Assembly (NCBI GenBank): GCA_020891255.1
Contig: BQFW01000004.1
Coordinates: forward strand, 124,001 to 188,000
DNA: 64,000 nucleotides
Reading direction: 5' to 3'
Source of the DNA: Entomortierella parvispora E1425
Taxonomy: Eukaryota > Fungi > Mortierellomycota
Shown: piece by piece, positions 48,792 through 61,197 of the stretch
Position numbering within the stretch: position 1 is the stretch's first letter
Layout: each line of letters begins with the position of its first letter
Made by a program: the position numbers and the translations under genes
The notes under the pieces: generated by a model
What the model was told of the DNA's origin: nothing
What the model saw: the letters and a program-made list of their open reading frames with translations, nothing else
Database searches by the model: none

Positions 48792-51700
48792 ATGATTGAT
48801 ACAAAACACCCTCCTGCCGCTATCGAGCAGGCGGGCTTGTTTTCCTACATCACCTTCAACTGGATCCAACCTCTCCTACTTTACGGACGGGTACAGTGCT
48901 GTCGTCGTCGTTCTCGGCTCTGAACGTATTACAAGCTGAGCCCATCGTCCTCCTCTCTAACACCCTCTTCTACTCCCCTTCTTCCTCCCCACTGCATCGA
49001 AACAGAAACATACTCTGACCGAAAATGATCTGCAACGACTTTCCGAGAACGACCGCATTCAGCGCCTCTCAGATCTAATCATCAAGGAGTGGACCAGCGA
49101 GGTCCACAAAAAGAAGGCGCAGGCCCGCGCAACGGGACAAACGATGAAGCGGCCCAGCCTCTACAGGGTCCTTTGGCGATGCTTTGGTCTCTATGCGCTG
49201 GCTCCCTGTGCGGTGGGCGTGAGCGAGAGTGTCTGCAAGATTAGTGAGGCTGTTTTGCTAGGGTAACGCTTTTTTCTAGACTGGCTTGCTCACTTGCTCG
49301 TTTGGGTCACTCGCCGCTAACACAGCGCTCTCATCTTGATAGGTATGTAATCCGCTTCTTTGATACACCCTCCATGACTATGGGCCAGGGCATGGGCTAC
49401 GCTGTCGGACTCTTTCTAGTCACGCTCGTACATGGCATTCTCCACCATCACAACTACTTTCACACACTCCGTATCGGAACCTGGACCCGTCAGAGTCTGA
49501 TCTCGCTCATGTACCGCAAGTGCCTCACCCTTTCGACCTCCAGCTCCATCTCGACAGGAACTGTAGTCAATTTGATCTCCAACGGTATGATACTATCCTT
49601 TTGTCGCAAGAGCCCATGGCCCTTCAAGGGTCAACTAGATCTGTTTTCAGCCATCCTAATGACACAGTCCCGACTTTCCTTCAATAGACGTGCAACCTTT
49701 TGAAAACTGTGCGCCTCTGGGCATGTTTATCATTCTTGGACCCTTGGAATCTATTGCAGTGATGTACTTTCTCTGGAAGGAACTGGAGGAGGCTTGCTTG
49801 GCCGGACTTTTGGCCCTTGTTCTCCTGATGCCAATCCAAGCCTTCTTCTCCCGCAAGTTTGCCACGGTCCGAACCAAGACAGTACATGCACGAGATGAAC
49901 GCATTCGGACACTCTCGGATGTCTTCTCGGGGATAGAGCTGGTAAAGCTCTGTGCATGGGAGGTGCCGTTTCAGGAGAAGATCATGATGCTTCGGTCGAT
50001 TGAGGTCCGACATATCTGGACAGCAAACTCGATGAGAGCTGTGAATCTTTCGATCTACTTCTTTTTCCAGCCTTTGATTGCCCTGTTTGCGTTTGTAACC
50101 TTTTGGTTGCAGGGCAAGACATTGACGCCGGACAAGGTCTTTGTCTCCTTGACCTTGTTCAATATCATTCGACAGACCATGACCTCCTTCTTTCCAAGGG
50201 CCCTGGAGACGTTCGCAGAGGTCCGTGTGTCGACTAAACGGATCACGGAATTCTTGCTGCTCCCGGAATTGAAGAGCCTGGAGGAGGAGGAGGAGGAGGA
50301 GGAGGTGGAGGAGGAGGTGGAGGAGGAGGAGGAGGAGGAGGAGGAGGAGGAGGAGGAGGAGGAGGAAAACGACAACGAAATTGATGGGTCAGGACCGACC
50401 GCATTGCAGGGAGATTCGCAGTCGACAGTTGGCTTGGGACAAGGAATGAACAAGAATCCACAGGACCTGCCAGATATTGTGGTAGAGATGAAGGACGCGT
50501 CGTTCTCGTGGACTGTTGCGACAGAAGAAAAGAACGAGATCTTTGAAATGTCTGCCAAAGAGAGGAAGAAAGCAGAAGAGGAAAGGCAAATTCTGAAAAT
50601 GAAGGCCAAACATTTGCCAGAGGAGAACGCCATAGAAGACTCTGAAGGACCTGGCTCGGATTCACCAAAGAAGGCGATTCTCAACAACATCACGATGACC
50701 CTCCACAGGACAGAGCTTTTGGCAATTGTTGGGCCAGTGGGCTGCGGAAAATCAAGCTTTTGCATGGCGCTTTTGAGAGAAATGCCCTTGATCTCAGGGT
50801 CCATGGTCCAGGCCAGCCATCAGGACCGTCTTTTAGGATCTAAAGGTCGGCCCTTGACAATGTCCTATTCTGCTCAGTCGCCCTGGATCTTTGCAGGAAC
50901 AATTCGGACCAATATCCTCTTCGGATCCAACTTTGACCAGGAACGCTACAATCAGGTTATCAAGGCCTGTGAGTTGACGCGCGATCTTTCCCTATTCCCA
51001 CAAGGGGATGACACCATCATTGGAGAAAAGGGAGTTACCCTGAGTGGAGGTCAGCGCGCCCGTGTATCGCTTGCCAGAGCCGCGTACAGAGAATCAGATG
51101 TGTATATCTTGGACGATCCCTTGTCGGCTGTGGATCCCAAGGTCGGCCGTGCCCTGTTCGAGAACTGCATCAATGGACTGCTAAAGGACAAGGCTCGCAT
51201 TCTGGTCACCCATCAACTTCAGTACATCAAGGATTGCGAAAATGTCATTGTCCTGGAACAAGGACAGGTTACCCATACTGGACGTGTGGACGATGTCATG
51301 CAAGAGGAAGTCGAAGTGGAAACCACCGTTGGCGATAGCGTGTCTGCCAAAAGTATCAAGATCAGAGCTAAATTTGTGGATGTTCTCCGCGAGTTTGCAA
51401 AGAAGGCACCAGACACTGTCGAGGAGACAGAATCCGTTGTGGTCGCGCAGGAAGCAATCGAGTCTGTGCAGGACACGGCTCTCTTGGATGCTCAGGCGGC
51501 GGACCCAGCCACGGATGATCGGGCCAGCGTGATGGAGAAAAACCTCACGACTGAAGAAGTTCAGGAGGGCGAGACGTCGATGAAAGCCTACATTGAGTTT
51601 TTCAGGATCGGGTCGCCCTGGTCCAAATTGATCCTGACCATGTTTTGCCTGTCAGCCGCTCAGGCAATTATGGTCGGCGGCGACTTCTTCTTAACCAAAT

Positions 51701-53571
51701 GGTCCGGTCTAGTGGATGAGGCGGAGCAAAGGCGCTCGTACTACCCGACAGCCTTTGCAATGTACGTCCTTGGGACGATGATCATGACAGTGATCCGGTC
51801 ATACCTCTTCTTTGACTGCGTGACCTCAAGCGCACGGAATATCTTTGCGGCGATGCTGGATGCCTTGATGAGGACTGGAATTGACTTTTTCCATGCCAAC
51901 CCTCACGGACGAGTCCTGAATCGATTCTCCAAGGACATGGCAACCTGTGACGAACTGCTGCCGAATGTGTTTTTTGACACGATCCAGGTCGGGTTCATGT
52001 TGTTGGGATCGATGGTGACAGTCTGCATTGTGAACCCTTGGATCATTATTGCGATTCCATTCATCATGGGCGGGTTTATTGCGCTGCGAGCAGTGTACAT
52101 CAAGTCGAGTCGGCAGGTGAAACGCATAGACAGTCAATCACGATCGCCGATTTATTCTCACTTGTCTGAGACGTTGGATGGACTTAGTTCTGTCAGAGCT
52201 TACGGAGTCGCGGACACATTCATGGAGGAGCAAATCAAGACACAGGAAGATAACGGCCGTGCGTTCTTTATCTATCTGGCAATGGCTCGCTGGCTGGTGA
52301 GTGATCTTCTCTTGACCTTTTTGTCCCTGCCCGCATCAGTGCCGGACCTTTGTCTTTTGGCAGGCGGTAATTAACCTCCATTTTTACCTTTTTTTTTTCC
52401 TAAATGCTATTAGGGATATCGCTTGGATGCGGTATCCGCCGTATTTTTGGGTGTCACGGCGATATCGTGTGTGGCAGCTCGGGATTCTCAGCAAGCCTCT
52501 CGCGCCGGTTTGGCCATGTCTTCCATTATTGGCCTCTCGGGGGAACTTCAATGGGCCATTCGAATGAGTGTTGAGGCCGCCATCTTGATGGTCTCTGTCG
52601 AACGTATGATGGAATACGCCAATGTGAAGCCTGAAGAGTCAGGTCGCCATCTCTTGAACCCAGACGGGACCAGTATTGTTCCCAACGGTTGGCCTATGGA
52701 AGCCAAGGTCACCTTCACGGACATGTCCCTGACTTATCCCCGCGGTGACGGTCCCGTCCTCAGGAATATCTCACTGGACTTTAGGGCTGGAGAGAAGATT
52801 GCAATCGTAGGCAGAACTGGAGCTGGCAAGTCAAGTTTGATTGGCGCACTTTTCAGACTGGTCGAGACCATGACTGGCAACCCTGCACATAGAGGAGGAG
52901 TTATAATTGATGGAATCGACATTAGCAAGATTGGTATGCACGATTTGCGTTCCAAGATGGCCATTATTCCACAAGAACCCTTCTTGTTCAGAGGCACACT
53001 TCGATTCAACCTCGACCCCACAGATCAACATCAGGATGCAGACATCTGGGCAGCCCTGGAGGCTGCGGAGCTCAAGCGACTCGTAGAGTCTTTGGAGGGC
53101 GGATTGGATGCCGTTGTGGACGACAATGGCAAGAATTTCAGTATTGGTGAACGCCAATTGCTCTCTTTGGCACGCGCGGTGCTCAGACGGTCCAAGATCA
53201 TTGTCATGGACGAAGCAACAGCGAACGTGGATTTGCAGTCGGATCGTATGATCCAAAAGGCGATTCATAACCAGTTCAAGGACGCGACAGTGTTCACCAT
53301 TGCCCATCGTCTTAACACTGTCATTGAAGGATACGATCGGATCCTGGTCTTGGATCAGGGTCAGGTCATGGAGTTTGACGATCCTTGGGTCCTCTTGAGC
53401 TGCCCGCCCGGCGAGGTTACACCTGCTGATGGATTGGGTGCCTTGGGACCAACAGCTGGAGGTGGTCGCGGATGGCTGAGGAGGATGGTCGCGGACACCG
53501 GCGCAGAGAACGAGGCCATGCTTCGACGGGTCGCGAAGGAGCAGTGGGATCGTCGTAACCCTTCAAACTAA
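48792..53571 (+). CDS. ABCC (MRP4-like) ABC transporter, copy B, ~1,454 aa; exons 48792-48890, 49006-49262, 49343-49584, 49688-52296, 52414-53571
   Basis: Same domain layout and Walker/signature motifs as copy A. Four GT-AG introns, all in phase. Confidence 0.93.
50281..50367 (+). repeat. (GAG)n tract encoding E8-V-E3-V-E16 in ABCC copy B
   Basis: Direct sequence; absent at the equivalent position of copy A. Confidence 0.9.
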
Positions 53572-54060
53572 TATTATAAATAACATTTAGTATCGAAGGA
53601 TTATCAGCCATCGCCACGATCGAGAATGTAATTTGAGGTTTGTTTTATTGACTTTGAAGAAAAAAAAGAATGGGAACCAAATGGAAGCAGAATTACTGAA
53701 AAATTCAAGTGCAACTATTGTTGCCTGTGTGAGTATGTGAGTGTGTGTGTGGTCATTTGGTTGTCATAACAGTTCAGGTTTTTTCGTTAAAAGTCATGAT
53801 GCGTGTGTTGTGCGTATAAGCGTGTAAGCGTGTGTAGTTGAAGATGTTGCCATTCTTCTGCAGGGCAATACCTTCATGTTCCCCTCCATTTGCCTTTCTT
53901 CCCTCCTCTCCTCCCCCCAAGTTGCGCTGACAGAAAGCAGACAACCCAAAAAAAAATGTACAGTGTCGAGGGAAGACGAAGTTGCGCGGTCGAGAAAAGA
54001 GTCAGTCGAAGAGGACAGGGTCTTTTGAGGATCCCATGTTGTTGTGTCTCCTTTTTTTTT

Positions 54061-57003
54061 TTACTCGTCGCGTTCCTCGGGACTTTCCTCGCCATTGACC
54101 TTAATGGAAGGGCTGATAGGCGCGACCGACGAAAGAGGCGATGGGGGGTTCAAAGAAGAGGCGCTTGCCAAGCCACCGGTCGAGGCCGAGACCGAAGCGG
54201 ACGACAAAGTCGTGGTCGTGTTGGCAGACAGATCCTTCTTCTTGTTTTTGGGGATCACGATCTGGGTCGGGTAAACGACAGCGGTCAACTTCTTTTTGCT
54301 GTCCTTGTTCTGACTCTGACGGATGCCAAAATCGTCCGCGAACGAGTCCAGAGAAGGCAACTCCAGGGCAGCTGCTGTGGCAGAAGCTGCATTTGAACCC
54401 GCCGCGGGGGTAGGAGCTGCAGGGGCCATGACCTGGACGCCATAAGCACTCGTGAAGCTCGCACTGCGACCTTGTCGGGAGCCGTTGGGCAAAGCCATGC
54501 CCTGCATGTTCATCCCGCCCAGACTTCCTTTCCGGACTTGACTGTATCCATTAGGGGGAGGGGCCATCAAGGATCCAGCTCTCGATCGGAATGGGGTGTT
54601 GAGTCCGTTCGGGTCTTCTTCATCCTCGGGACTGTCTGGATATTCATCGTCCTCGCCCTCTTCATCCGTGATCAGGTTGGCATCGTTCTCATCTGTGCTC
54701 GTGTTGGAGGGTGCGTAGGTGGCGCGCTGCAAATGTTGATGGTAAGGCGAAGCATGAAGAGGTCCTTGTCTCGGAGAGATTCCTGCATAGGGACCCATCG
54801 AAGGTGAATGTGGAGCACCATACATCGACATGTGTCCGGCAGGATGCAATCCGGGTGAGGGGAGAGGAACCAGGTAACCAGAGCCCGAGTTGGCTCTAGA
54901 TCGCATTGCCATGGCCATCATGGGGGAAGGTGGACACATGCCATTATCAAAGACCATTGATACCTGTCGCCGACCACCCTGTGCCGATTGGTTTGAGAAT
55001 CGACGCTCGCGGCTAAAAGGTGGAGGTGGAGGTGGAGGGTTCTCGGCAATGAGTCGTTTCCGGAGCACCTCTCCGAACGAGAACTTGACATCAGCCAAGG
55101 ACTCGCCCTTTTGAGGCAGGTGCAGAACAGCATCCAACCCAATCAAGAGCTCCTGTTGAAGCAATGAAGAGGCCATGCAGCCAAAGTTCATGGCAGCGGG
55201 ATCTGTAGGAGAGTCAAAGAGCAATGGTCCGGGCTTGCCATAGATTCTGAAAGCTTCGCTGGTTCCCAGGAGGAGCTTTGTACGCTCGACGGCGTTGGGG
55301 ACTTGGATCATACAGAACATGGATCGGCCCGTTGGAAGAAGAGCCTGAAGATCCCGGGCCATGGCCGAGGGAGGGGAAGGGCTACTGAAGAATCCCTTTC
55401 GAGGTGAGGACAAGTTCTCGCGCTGGAGGACCACATCACCCTCAAGCTTGATCGTCAAGGATCCCTCTTCATCCACCTTGCTATCCTTGGACGAGTTCAA
55501 GGAGGAACGACTAGGGCAGACTGCGTAGGCCTGACTGACGTTGTACATTGACACGAAAGGTCGCTTGGACTTTGGTCCTTCATAGAAATGGATCTGACCA
55601 CGAATGGGCGTAGCCTGGAGGACCTTGCCCTGCTTCTTCTTCTTGATCTCTTCTCCTCCACGCTGATCGGAGACCACGACCCAGAGTCTCAACCACTCCT
55701 CTCCAGCCCAGAATCTGACGCGCAGCATGCCCTCATGCTTGACGGGTCCTTCGATCGACGCTGCGACTTGATCCCGGAACTTTGGTCGACGCAAAAGGGT
55801 CGATGTGTAAATCTCTTGAAGACGAGAGCATTCATAACAACTCAATCGGATGGCGCAGACCCAATCCTGGCAGGTCGATCCGACTTCTGGTGCACCCAGA
55901 CTCAACTGCTGCACGGGCTGGAACACGGCCTTGTTGGCCCCCATCCAGTTGATCGTGAACGTACCTCCGTTCGGGCCCTCCTGCATCTCGACTCGGGCCT
56001 CTTCCATGTTCATCTCCTCGGCCACGCCTCCGGATCCACTGGCACCAGGCATGGGCACGATCCGGAGTGTGCGTCCGACGAGTTCGACGTTGTAGGCCGC
56101 CCATTGCTGTCCATGCAGCTTAAAACCATCCAGTCCGCATTCTGCCTTCTTTTGCAGCTGACCCTTGATATAGACTTTTCCAAAATACACGTCAAACTGC
56201 TTCAAAACGGATTCCGTGTCCGAGGTCTGTCCCAGAGGTGCGCCTCTGAAACCAGGCGAGGCTCTGGGTCCAAGTGCAGGGGAGGAAGGTGCAGGAGCCA
56301 AGCCTCCTTGGAGACTGGCCACGGAATTTTTGCGAGAGGAGGGAGTCCAAGTACCAGGCAAGGGCAGAGAATTGGAGGACCCTTGACGCGGAGTCATGGT
56401 GAGATGAGGAGTGAGCGAAGGGGAGGAATGGCCAGGGGTCAGCAAAGGTCCGTGCCTGGGCGAAGCTGTTCCAGGATGCTGCATCCATGGCTGCTGGACG
56501 GAAAGAGAGCTCACGGGGGAATCACAGGTCGAGAGAGGAGAGTGCGCAAAGCCGGCAGAGTTGGGCCCAGAGCCTACCGTCCTGGAGGCCAGAGACGGGA
56601 TCTGCAATGGATTTGGTACACCAGCTCTCATTCTGCTCTCCATGGGACGCTGCTGTTGCTGCTGTTGCTGCTGTTGCTGTGAGTTCTGTCGGTTCTCCGT
56701 GAAAAGTGCCTGTTGAGGGGGCGGTGATCTGGACTGGTGTGGGTCAGTGCTTGGTCTCGAATGCAGGTTGGCAGGTGGTGGCGACGGATAGCTGATGCCA
56801 GACGAAGAACGCGAGGTCAGACTAGCGGGAATGGAGGCTGGAGATCCAATCCCGAGTCCTTCGACCGCGGCATCGATCCCATTCCTGTCTTCTGAATCCG
56901 AGTGGTGAGGGGTGGTGTTGCCAGCTCTCTTGCCGTCGACAGGCAAAGCGGGCAAGAGCGAGGACGGCAGTGAGTGCTGTTGCTGTTGCTTTTGATCCAT
57001 CAT
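54061..57003 (-). CDS. Skg3/Caf120-like PH-domain protein, 980 aa
   Basis: W..AIRLS.YE...LQEIYT..LL, RVRFWAGEEW.R.WVVVS and IRGQIHFYE blocks resemble the Skg3/Caf120 family as I recall it. Flanks are disordered and Ser/Pro-rich. A 3' intron cannot be excluded. Confidence 0.7.
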   Translation of the reverse strand: MMDQKQQQQHSLPSSLLPALPVDGKRAGNTTPHHSDSEDRNGIDAAVEGLGIGSPASIPASLTSRSSSGISYPSPPPANLHSRPSTDPHQSRSPPPQQALFTENRQNSQQQQQQQQQQRPMESRMRAGVPNPLQIPSLASRTVGSGPNSAGFAHSPLSTCDSPVSSLSVQQPWMQHPGTASPRHGPLLTPGHSSPSLTPHLTMTPRQGSSNSLPLPGTWTPSSRKNSVASLQGGLAPAPSSPALGPRASPGFRGAPLGQTSDTESVLKQFDVYFGKVYIKGQLQKKAECGLDGFKLHGQQWAAYNVELVGRTLRIVPMPGASGSGGVAEEMNMEEARVEMQEGPNGGTFTINWMGANKAVFQPVQQLSLGAPEVGSTCQDWVCAIRLSCYECSRLQEIYTSTLLRRPKFRDQVAASIEGPVKHEGMLRVRFWAGEEWLRLWVVVSDQRGGEEIKKKKQGKVLQATPIRGQIHFYEGPKSKRPFVSMYNVSQAYAVCPSRSSLNSSKDSKVDEEGSLTIKLEGDVVLQRENLSSPRKGFFSSPSPPSAMARDLQALLPTGRSMFCMIQVPNAVERTKLLLGTSEAFRIYGKPGPLLFDSPTDPAAMNFGCMASSLLQQELLIGLDAVLHLPQKGESLADVKFSFGEVLRKRLIAENPPPPPPPFSRERRFSNQSAQGGRRQVSMVFDNGMCPPSPMMAMAMRSRANSGSGYLVPLPSPGLHPAGHMSMYGAPHSPSMGPYAGISPRQGPLHASPYHQHLQRATYAPSNTSTDENDANLITDEEGEDDEYPDSPEDEEDPNGLNTPFRSRAGSLMAPPPNGYSQVRKGSLGGMNMQGMALPNGSRQGRSASFTSAYGVQVMAPAAPTPAAGSNAASATAAALELPSLDSFADDFGIRQSQNKDSKKKLTAVVYPTQIVIPKNKKKDLSANTTTTLSSASVSASTGGLASASSLNPPSPLSSVAPISPSIKVNGEESPEERDE

Positions 57004-57020
57004 TTCTCCCGAGCGCCATT

Positions 57021-57822
57021 CTAAAAAACGGAAACGACCATGGAAACAAGTTCAGTGTCAGTCAGTCAGTCAGAGCATAGAACAAAAGTCAAAGCTTGTG
57101 GTATTAAACTGAATACAGGGTCGAGACATTCAATCGGGACCCCAATTGATTACGAAAGAGACCATGGTTCCCTGACTTACCGGTGTGGATATCGACTGCT
57201 GCCATTGTGGTGGTTATGGTGGTGGTGGTGATGGCGGTCGTGAGAGTGGGTGCCAGCTGCAGGATGTACGGTGTATATGTATAAGTGTGTTTCGACACAG
57301 GTGATGGGTAAATGCCGGGGCCAAGGGGGGGAAGCAGGGATGGACGACGCCGAACGGCAAATTAAAAAGAGCCCCTAGGACGTTTGTTTATGTGAGGATG
57401 TGCGCGTCTGAGCCGTGTAAACAAGAAACGTTGGTGGATCGATCGGAGGAGACGGGTGGAAAAAAAAAGGAAAGAGGGAAGAGGTGGTGGAGGGGTCGTT
57501 AGAGAGGAGAGTCTTATGGGGCGTTAATGCATTCCTTGTTGAAGAGATATTGTTCATTCAGTCATGGGCAAGCGTTCATTCCATCGGTCCATTCACGCGT
57601 TCATGGAAGGAAAGATGGGTGGAGGAAGGACTAACAATAGCAAAACAAAACGTGGGCGAGCAAGAGACGAGCGAGGAGGAAAGAAGGAAACAAAGAGAGA
57701 GGGGAGCGAAAAGACTCACAACTTGCTGTTGTCGAATGTTGGCTGATTGTGAATGGGGCATCTCTTTCCCGCTGTTGCTCTCGAGATGCACAGCAAGGAA
57801 CAGACAAGCAGTCGGGACTCAC
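57021..57822 (-). other. Probable 5'-leader intron (~800 nt) of the Skg3/Caf120-like gene
   Basis: Donor AAG|GTGAGT at 57822, repeated ACTGAC branch-like motifs near 57060-57075, and TTTTAG acceptor ending 17 nt before the ATG. Confidence 0.55.
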
Positions 57823-58090
57823 CTTTGTGTTTTGCTGCAGTGTCTGGGAACGACGGCGCAATTGAAGGTACAAGGAACAACGGGGCGCAATCAATGAGGA
57901 AACGGGGGCAACTGCGAGGCAAGAAAGTGAAAGAGAGAGAGGGATGGCGAGGTGTGTTGTTTGCCGAGGAAGGATCAAGTACGGAAATGAGTGGTGCAGG
58001 AGGCTGCCAAGTGCTCGACTCGGACAAGGGAGCGGGATGTGTGAGCGAAGAGAAGAGCGAGAGTGAAGGTGCGGGAAAGAAAGAGAGCGC

Positions 58091-58092
<2 letters not shown>

Positions 58093-58141
<49 letters not shown>

Positions 58142-58166
58142 GAGAGAGAGAGAGAGAGAGAGAGAG
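58093..58166. repeat. (GA/TC)n microsatellite, likely in the promoter or leader of the Skg3-like gene
   Basis: Direct sequence. Similar GA/CT tracts occur near 9390-9425, 44650-44680 and 45770-45820. Confidence 0.9.
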
Positions 58167-61100
58167 AAGAAGGAGGGCAATGGGACAGAAGAGCAAGATA
58201 GTAAAGAGAAGAAGAGAAGAAGGAAAAAGAGAAAGAGCAGAGGAGAGAACACGTCCAGGCGTCGTTGTTTAGTTGTTCCTTCTGCTCCTACTCTCCGTCG
58301 TTCCGTGCCTTCCATCCGTTCGCTGTTCTATTTCCTTATTTCTCATTGTTGCAATAATAAAACTTGACTTCATGAACCATGTCCTTCGGTCGTCCTTCTC
58401 TCGCCGCTCCATCTGTGCCCAACCGCCGTGCCGACCTTTGGGTCCACTGTTATCTGTGGCGTGTGGAGAGCAACGCATGCTCTTGTGGCTCTCACCCATC
58501 GCTGTGGTTGTCTTGGTCTTGGTTAAGAATGGATGAATAAATGAATGATTTGAGAGTGCTCCTCTCCTTCACTCATTCCTTACTTCTTTTCCGCCTTTTC
58601 TTCCTTCTTTCGTTTCTTCACCCTGCTGCAGTCTCTTTCTTGCAACTTGCTTTGCTCTTTGTCTTTTCTCACAATTCACACCAATCCGCACGTCCTCCTC
58701 TCCCCACCTTTCTCTCGTGTGTACGATCGAGCGTCTGTGCTACCAAGGATACTGCCTTTATTTTTAGGGCACGAAAGTAAAAATATCGCCATGGCTGACC
58801 TGACGACCATGATCGTGCGTCCGTGATTTCTACCATCCTCAGGTTGGGTGACAAAACTCGACTGGGAGTTGCAAAAAAAACGCGACCGCTAGGTCCCCCC
58901 CCCGTCACCTCCTTCACTAGACCGCCTCCTCCAGAGCCCCGGGGCCTTCGCCTCCTTTCTAATCAGTGTGTCATCCTCGACGAGATCCCTCCCCTTTCTT
59001 TGGTTCTCGAAGGGAGACTCTTTTGGTTCCTGGGCGAATAGCTCCAGCTATTGTCATCACCACCAGGTCTTGATGCCAGAGCCCTTGCTTCGCCCTTGGA
59101 CTCCCTCGTCTCCTGGCTCTTCTCCTCTTCCTCCTTCCTCCCTTTTTGTTTGCAGGGAACAAATATTAATATATCGTACTCTTGTCGACAATCCACGGTC
59201 CAGGATAAATTGGTTTCAATAATTCACTCTTGGTACCCAGGTGCATGGTCCTGACATGCGTCTGTTGTGCGTACGTTGTCTCCTTCCCATCACAAAGTCT
59301 TGCTAACATGGACAGCAGTCCTAACGAACCTATAAATAATGACGCATACTTTAACGGACTCCATGCAGCAACCAACAGCATCACACGAGTTGGAGCACCC
59401 GACCGGCAATCACGCACCGAGCCCTCGTCCGCTTGGATTTCAGAATGTGAAAAAAGGAAGGTCTTACCACGGCGACGCTCAAGCTAGCAGGGAAAAGGGG
59501 TTTATCCCGATCTAAATAAGATCGGCGCCAGAGGGGAATGAGGGGAATGAGCACCTGTTTTCGTGGCTCAACTTTGTCCGTAATTAATGAACCGTAAATC
59601 CATAATTGCAATCAAGCAGGCGAGCAGTCCGACGCCGAGAAACCGTGTTGGACCTTAGTCGCTTACGTGGATGAGCTATCTTCCTTCGAACTCGATATGT
59701 TCCTTGCTCCAAATGCCAAAAGCTGGGATTGATCTTTTTTATAGCTATCTCCAAGGACTGTACCGATCGACCTTTGCTCTCATCTGGATACAAGACTGGG
59801 TAACGAGAGAAGTCGGGGAACCCGGGATCATGTCGCCTCATAAACACCTCGGATCATCTGCAATTGCTACAGGTATTCGGAAGAAAGAAGATATCCACCT
59901 CAATTGATCCTTACTCTTCAAACAGGCCCTGTCCTACTGACAAACATAGGCGAGCGCCCTCTTGTTGTTTTATTCTCTTAATCTGTGACCACCCTCTTCA
60001 ATGCAATAATGTTCTAATCATCTCTGCCAGTATCGCCTCGTCCTGCGCCTGCCATTTAGGTTTGAACATTGCTACTTCTCTGCAGCTCGTATATTCACTA
60101 GTCTGCCCCACTCGCTCGAATCTAGCGTAACTTCCATCTTGGACTTTACTGCCCTCAGTGGCAACACTCAGTGGCAGCCACTCTGCACTTTGTCAGAGAA
60201 TACGTCGATGATACTGTGCGTGTGGCGCCCACCCTGCTTCGTTTGCGCATATCTTACTCTCTCTCTCTCTCTCTCTGTTGACCTGCAGGACTCCAGATGC
60301 CGGCAAGATGATTTTTTTTTTTTGTCGTAGTCAACTGACACTCATTTGACGTTTTACTCAGTTGCCACCAATAATAGTTAGAAATCTCTCGATGTTTGCT
60401 TGCGAATGATGGCGATCGCCACTTTCCAGGGGGACAATGGTCGAAGAATTACAGCCAAAAACTACAGTATTGTGCGATCCACAGTCTGAGAGATAAAAAT
60501 TGGTGGCGTAATGTGGTTTCTCTGCACAGGTCTCAATCGTGCTGGATGCGATTGGATCGAACGCTGCCAATGGTGCACGAGGGCATTCGGTCCCTTGCTT
60601 CGGCCTCTCGTCCGTTTGTTTTTTTTATTAGCTTGCCCTGACCCTGTGTAAAAAAAGTGAAAAAAAAACAATGTTCAGGGATCAATGGTCCAATCCCAAA
60701 AAAAATAAAAAAAATAAGGGCGGACAAACATCATGGCATTTAAAGAGAAGCATGCCGAAGACATTCGCCCACCGTCACTGTCTGTGCGTTCCAATCCCAT
60801 GGCCGCGTGTCAGTGAGTACCTTGCCAGCCAAGAGATAACAAAATAGACAAAAAAAATGAGGCCATTTCGCCCTCGATCCACACAACAAAAGGACAAACA
60901 AATCAACAAGCGGAAAAGTTTTTTTTTTTTTTTTCTTATTTCATTCTTTGGTTCGGCACCATCTCTCCACTCTCTCCACCCTCTCTTTCTCTTCAACGCA
61001 GTGCCTGTCTACCTCGAACCTTTTACCTCACCATCCTCTCCTCTCCCCTCTTGCACTCCACCTTTCATCGATCACACAGTGAGTGCCGCACCGACGACAA

Positions 61101-61197
61101 TCCAGTCTGTGTTACGACAGCATCACGGATTGATTAACCCCTTGGTGCCTGTTTTTTCTTTTCTTTGTCTCTTCTCTTATCAGCCATACCCTGACAA

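Noticed and set aside
59381-59847. Short minus-strand ORFs including a WIYGSL string reminiscent of gamma-glutamylcyclotransferases or a decayed element
   Set aside because: Similarity is limited to five or six residues, with no further motifs or credible splice structure.
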